A DNA stretch of 64,000 nucleotides from Guillardia theta CCMP2712 (lineage: Eukaryota; Protista; Cryptophyta): NCBI RefSeq assembly GCF_000315625.1, contig NW_005434593.1:104254-168253 (forward strand), in the 5' to 3' direction. Of the stretch, positions 62,325-64,000 are shown piece after piece. A model generated the notes under the pieces. The model was not told where the DNA came from. It searched no databases and saw nothing but the letters and a program-made list of their open reading frames with translations. How positions within the stretch are numbered: position 1 is the first letter of the stretch; the number at the start of each line of letters is the position of its first letter. The position numbers and the translations under genes were made by a program.

Positions 62325-64000
62325 GCCATGAAGCCTTCGGGAGGGACCTGTCAGCTGTCGAGGAAAGAGAGCGTCCGCTGAGGATGGAAACCGGGGGGGC
62401 CGGGGGGGGGGGGGGGGGGGAAGAGATGTGTAGAGTTGTGTTTGTGTTTATGACATCTCCATCTTTGTTTGCTGTTGTGTTGCGATGGTTTTGTGCAATA
62501 AACTGTAAAAGATCAGAACATAGCCGATGCCTCCAAGTCTCTTGTGCCCTCCAAGTCTCTTGTGCTCTTGTCGCAGGAGGCTCACTCTTCTGTTATCACA
62601 TCGACTTTGCAACTCACTTCTGCAGACAACGCTCTTGCTGTCTGCGAGCCATGATTTCAGTGATGCGAGCATGGGGAGCCATAGGTCACGTAGGGAAGTC
62701 CATGAAATGTCTTCGATTCCAAGGCAGATTCACTTAGTCTTTGTAGATGAAAGGTTTGGTACACGCGTTCACATACATGGTAACAAACTTCCTCTGAGAG
62801 ATCCATCCAAGACTTCAGATCCTGAATCTTTCAAGAGTGAAAAGACAAAGGCGAAGACATCGCAAGTATCTCTCTTGACCCTAAATTGGAGGAGCAACAA
62901 CGGCATCAGGGATAAATATGGAAAAGATGCAAGAGCAAATGAGTTCGAATCCGAAGCAGGTTCTTGCATATCTGAATGGAATGAGACAGATACAGCCCAT
63001 CATGAAGATGAGGAAGTCGACCCCTATTACAATATCAACAGGTCTCAGGCTTACAACTACGAATTGAGGCAAACACTCTTGCATGTCCTGTTGTTACAAC
63101 AGCATGGGTAACCGTGGCGATTACAGAATCAGATGGAAAGCAGTTTGCAGCAGCAAGTACAACAGAAACAGGAGTGAAGCCAGAAGAAGAATGGCTTCAT
63201 TGCCGGACTCCGGGTTACAAGAGCAAACACGGCACCAAGCTCCTTTGATTGAAGTTGTGGCAAGTTCACAAGAGGTAGAGGAGAACAAACTGCAGCTAAA
63301 TCCAATTCAAGACGAGGTGAAGCGGAGTGGAGATGGTTTTGTTGTTGATATGCAGACAGATTCCAGGAGCCATCTGTTTGGATCAGATCCTTGGAGAGTT
63401 TGCAGCCCTAGAGAGATGAATATCATCAGGCAGGCAAAACAATGAGCGACTGGACTTTGTGTTGTGTTGTGGATCCCGTCTCAAAAAGCATCTTCCGCAA
63501 TAGAGAGGATTTGGCACAAGAAAGTCAAGAGATCAGATGTTGATGTATAAAGTTTCTGCTGAACTCTGTCTTGACGGAGGGGTACCACAGTGATGGAGAT
63601 CTCTCCTGCCGGCCAGTGCCCTGAGCCCTGGCTGAGACCTCGACGGCTCTCTCTCCACAGAAGGTGCGTAGGAGTATCTAATCATGGATTCTTCTTCTGC
63701 TAGCCATGGCTGCTCCCGACCCAGCATCAGTTCGACTACCAGCATGGACAGGACCTTCCCTTGCCTCGTCGACGTCTACCGAGTGATCAGTATCGTTGGC
63801 ATCGAGCTGGATATGCCCGTTGCCAGCGCGCGTCCTCGGAGAGAGCTGGAGGCAGGACAGCAGGTTACCTTTGCCTTGCTTTGGACCGGAGAAGGGATGG
63901 ATCTTTGAAGGCAGGAGCGCAGGGCAGTCGAGGCTTCAGAAGAAGACGAAGACGATGACGATGACGATGACGATGAGGACGAGGACGAGGACGAGGACGA
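60262..64000 (+). repeat. Right arm of the inverted duplication, running off the window
   Basis: Reverse complement of about 55103-58760. Confidence 0.95.

Noticed and set aside
62318-62327. ABCG stop codon overlaps a donor-like G|GTAAGC, suggesting extra 3' exons
   Set aside because: The protein is already complete after its last TM helix, and I found no convincing downstream exon.

Overview
This is eukaryotic nuclear DNA, not prokaryotic. It is gene-dense, with many short spliceosomal introns, microsatellite-filled introns and intergenic spacers, and three N gaps. Bipartite signal+AF/GF plastid leaders and a flagellar dynein light chain suggest a flagellated alga with a red-derived secondary plastid, most likely a cryptophyte such as Guillardia theta (inference). 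About 20 genes could be hand-assembled from splice signals. They include an LC4-like EF-hand dynein light chain, a DUF218/YdcF protein, a BT1 folate-biopterin transporter and a ~2,700-aa secreted Cys-rich protein (NIDO-like and CUB domains plus nine copies of an unrecognised module). Also present are a SAM-CS-SGS (CacyBP-like) fusion, a CPBP protease, a rhodanese + dual-specificity phosphatase, an IP3-receptor-like channel, a METTL21-type methyltransferase, a plastid IGPS-like protein and two ABCG half-transporters in a head-to-head inverted duplication. The most notable observations are: the repeated module of the giant protein; two convergent genes whose last exons appear to lie in each other's introns; a Nanos-like CCHC finger on a membrane-anchored protein; a non-canonical IP3R selectivity filter; a gene-conversion-like identity gradient between the ABCG copies; and a Helitron-like element with recurring intergenic motifs. 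All exon models are manual and need RNA-seq confirmation.
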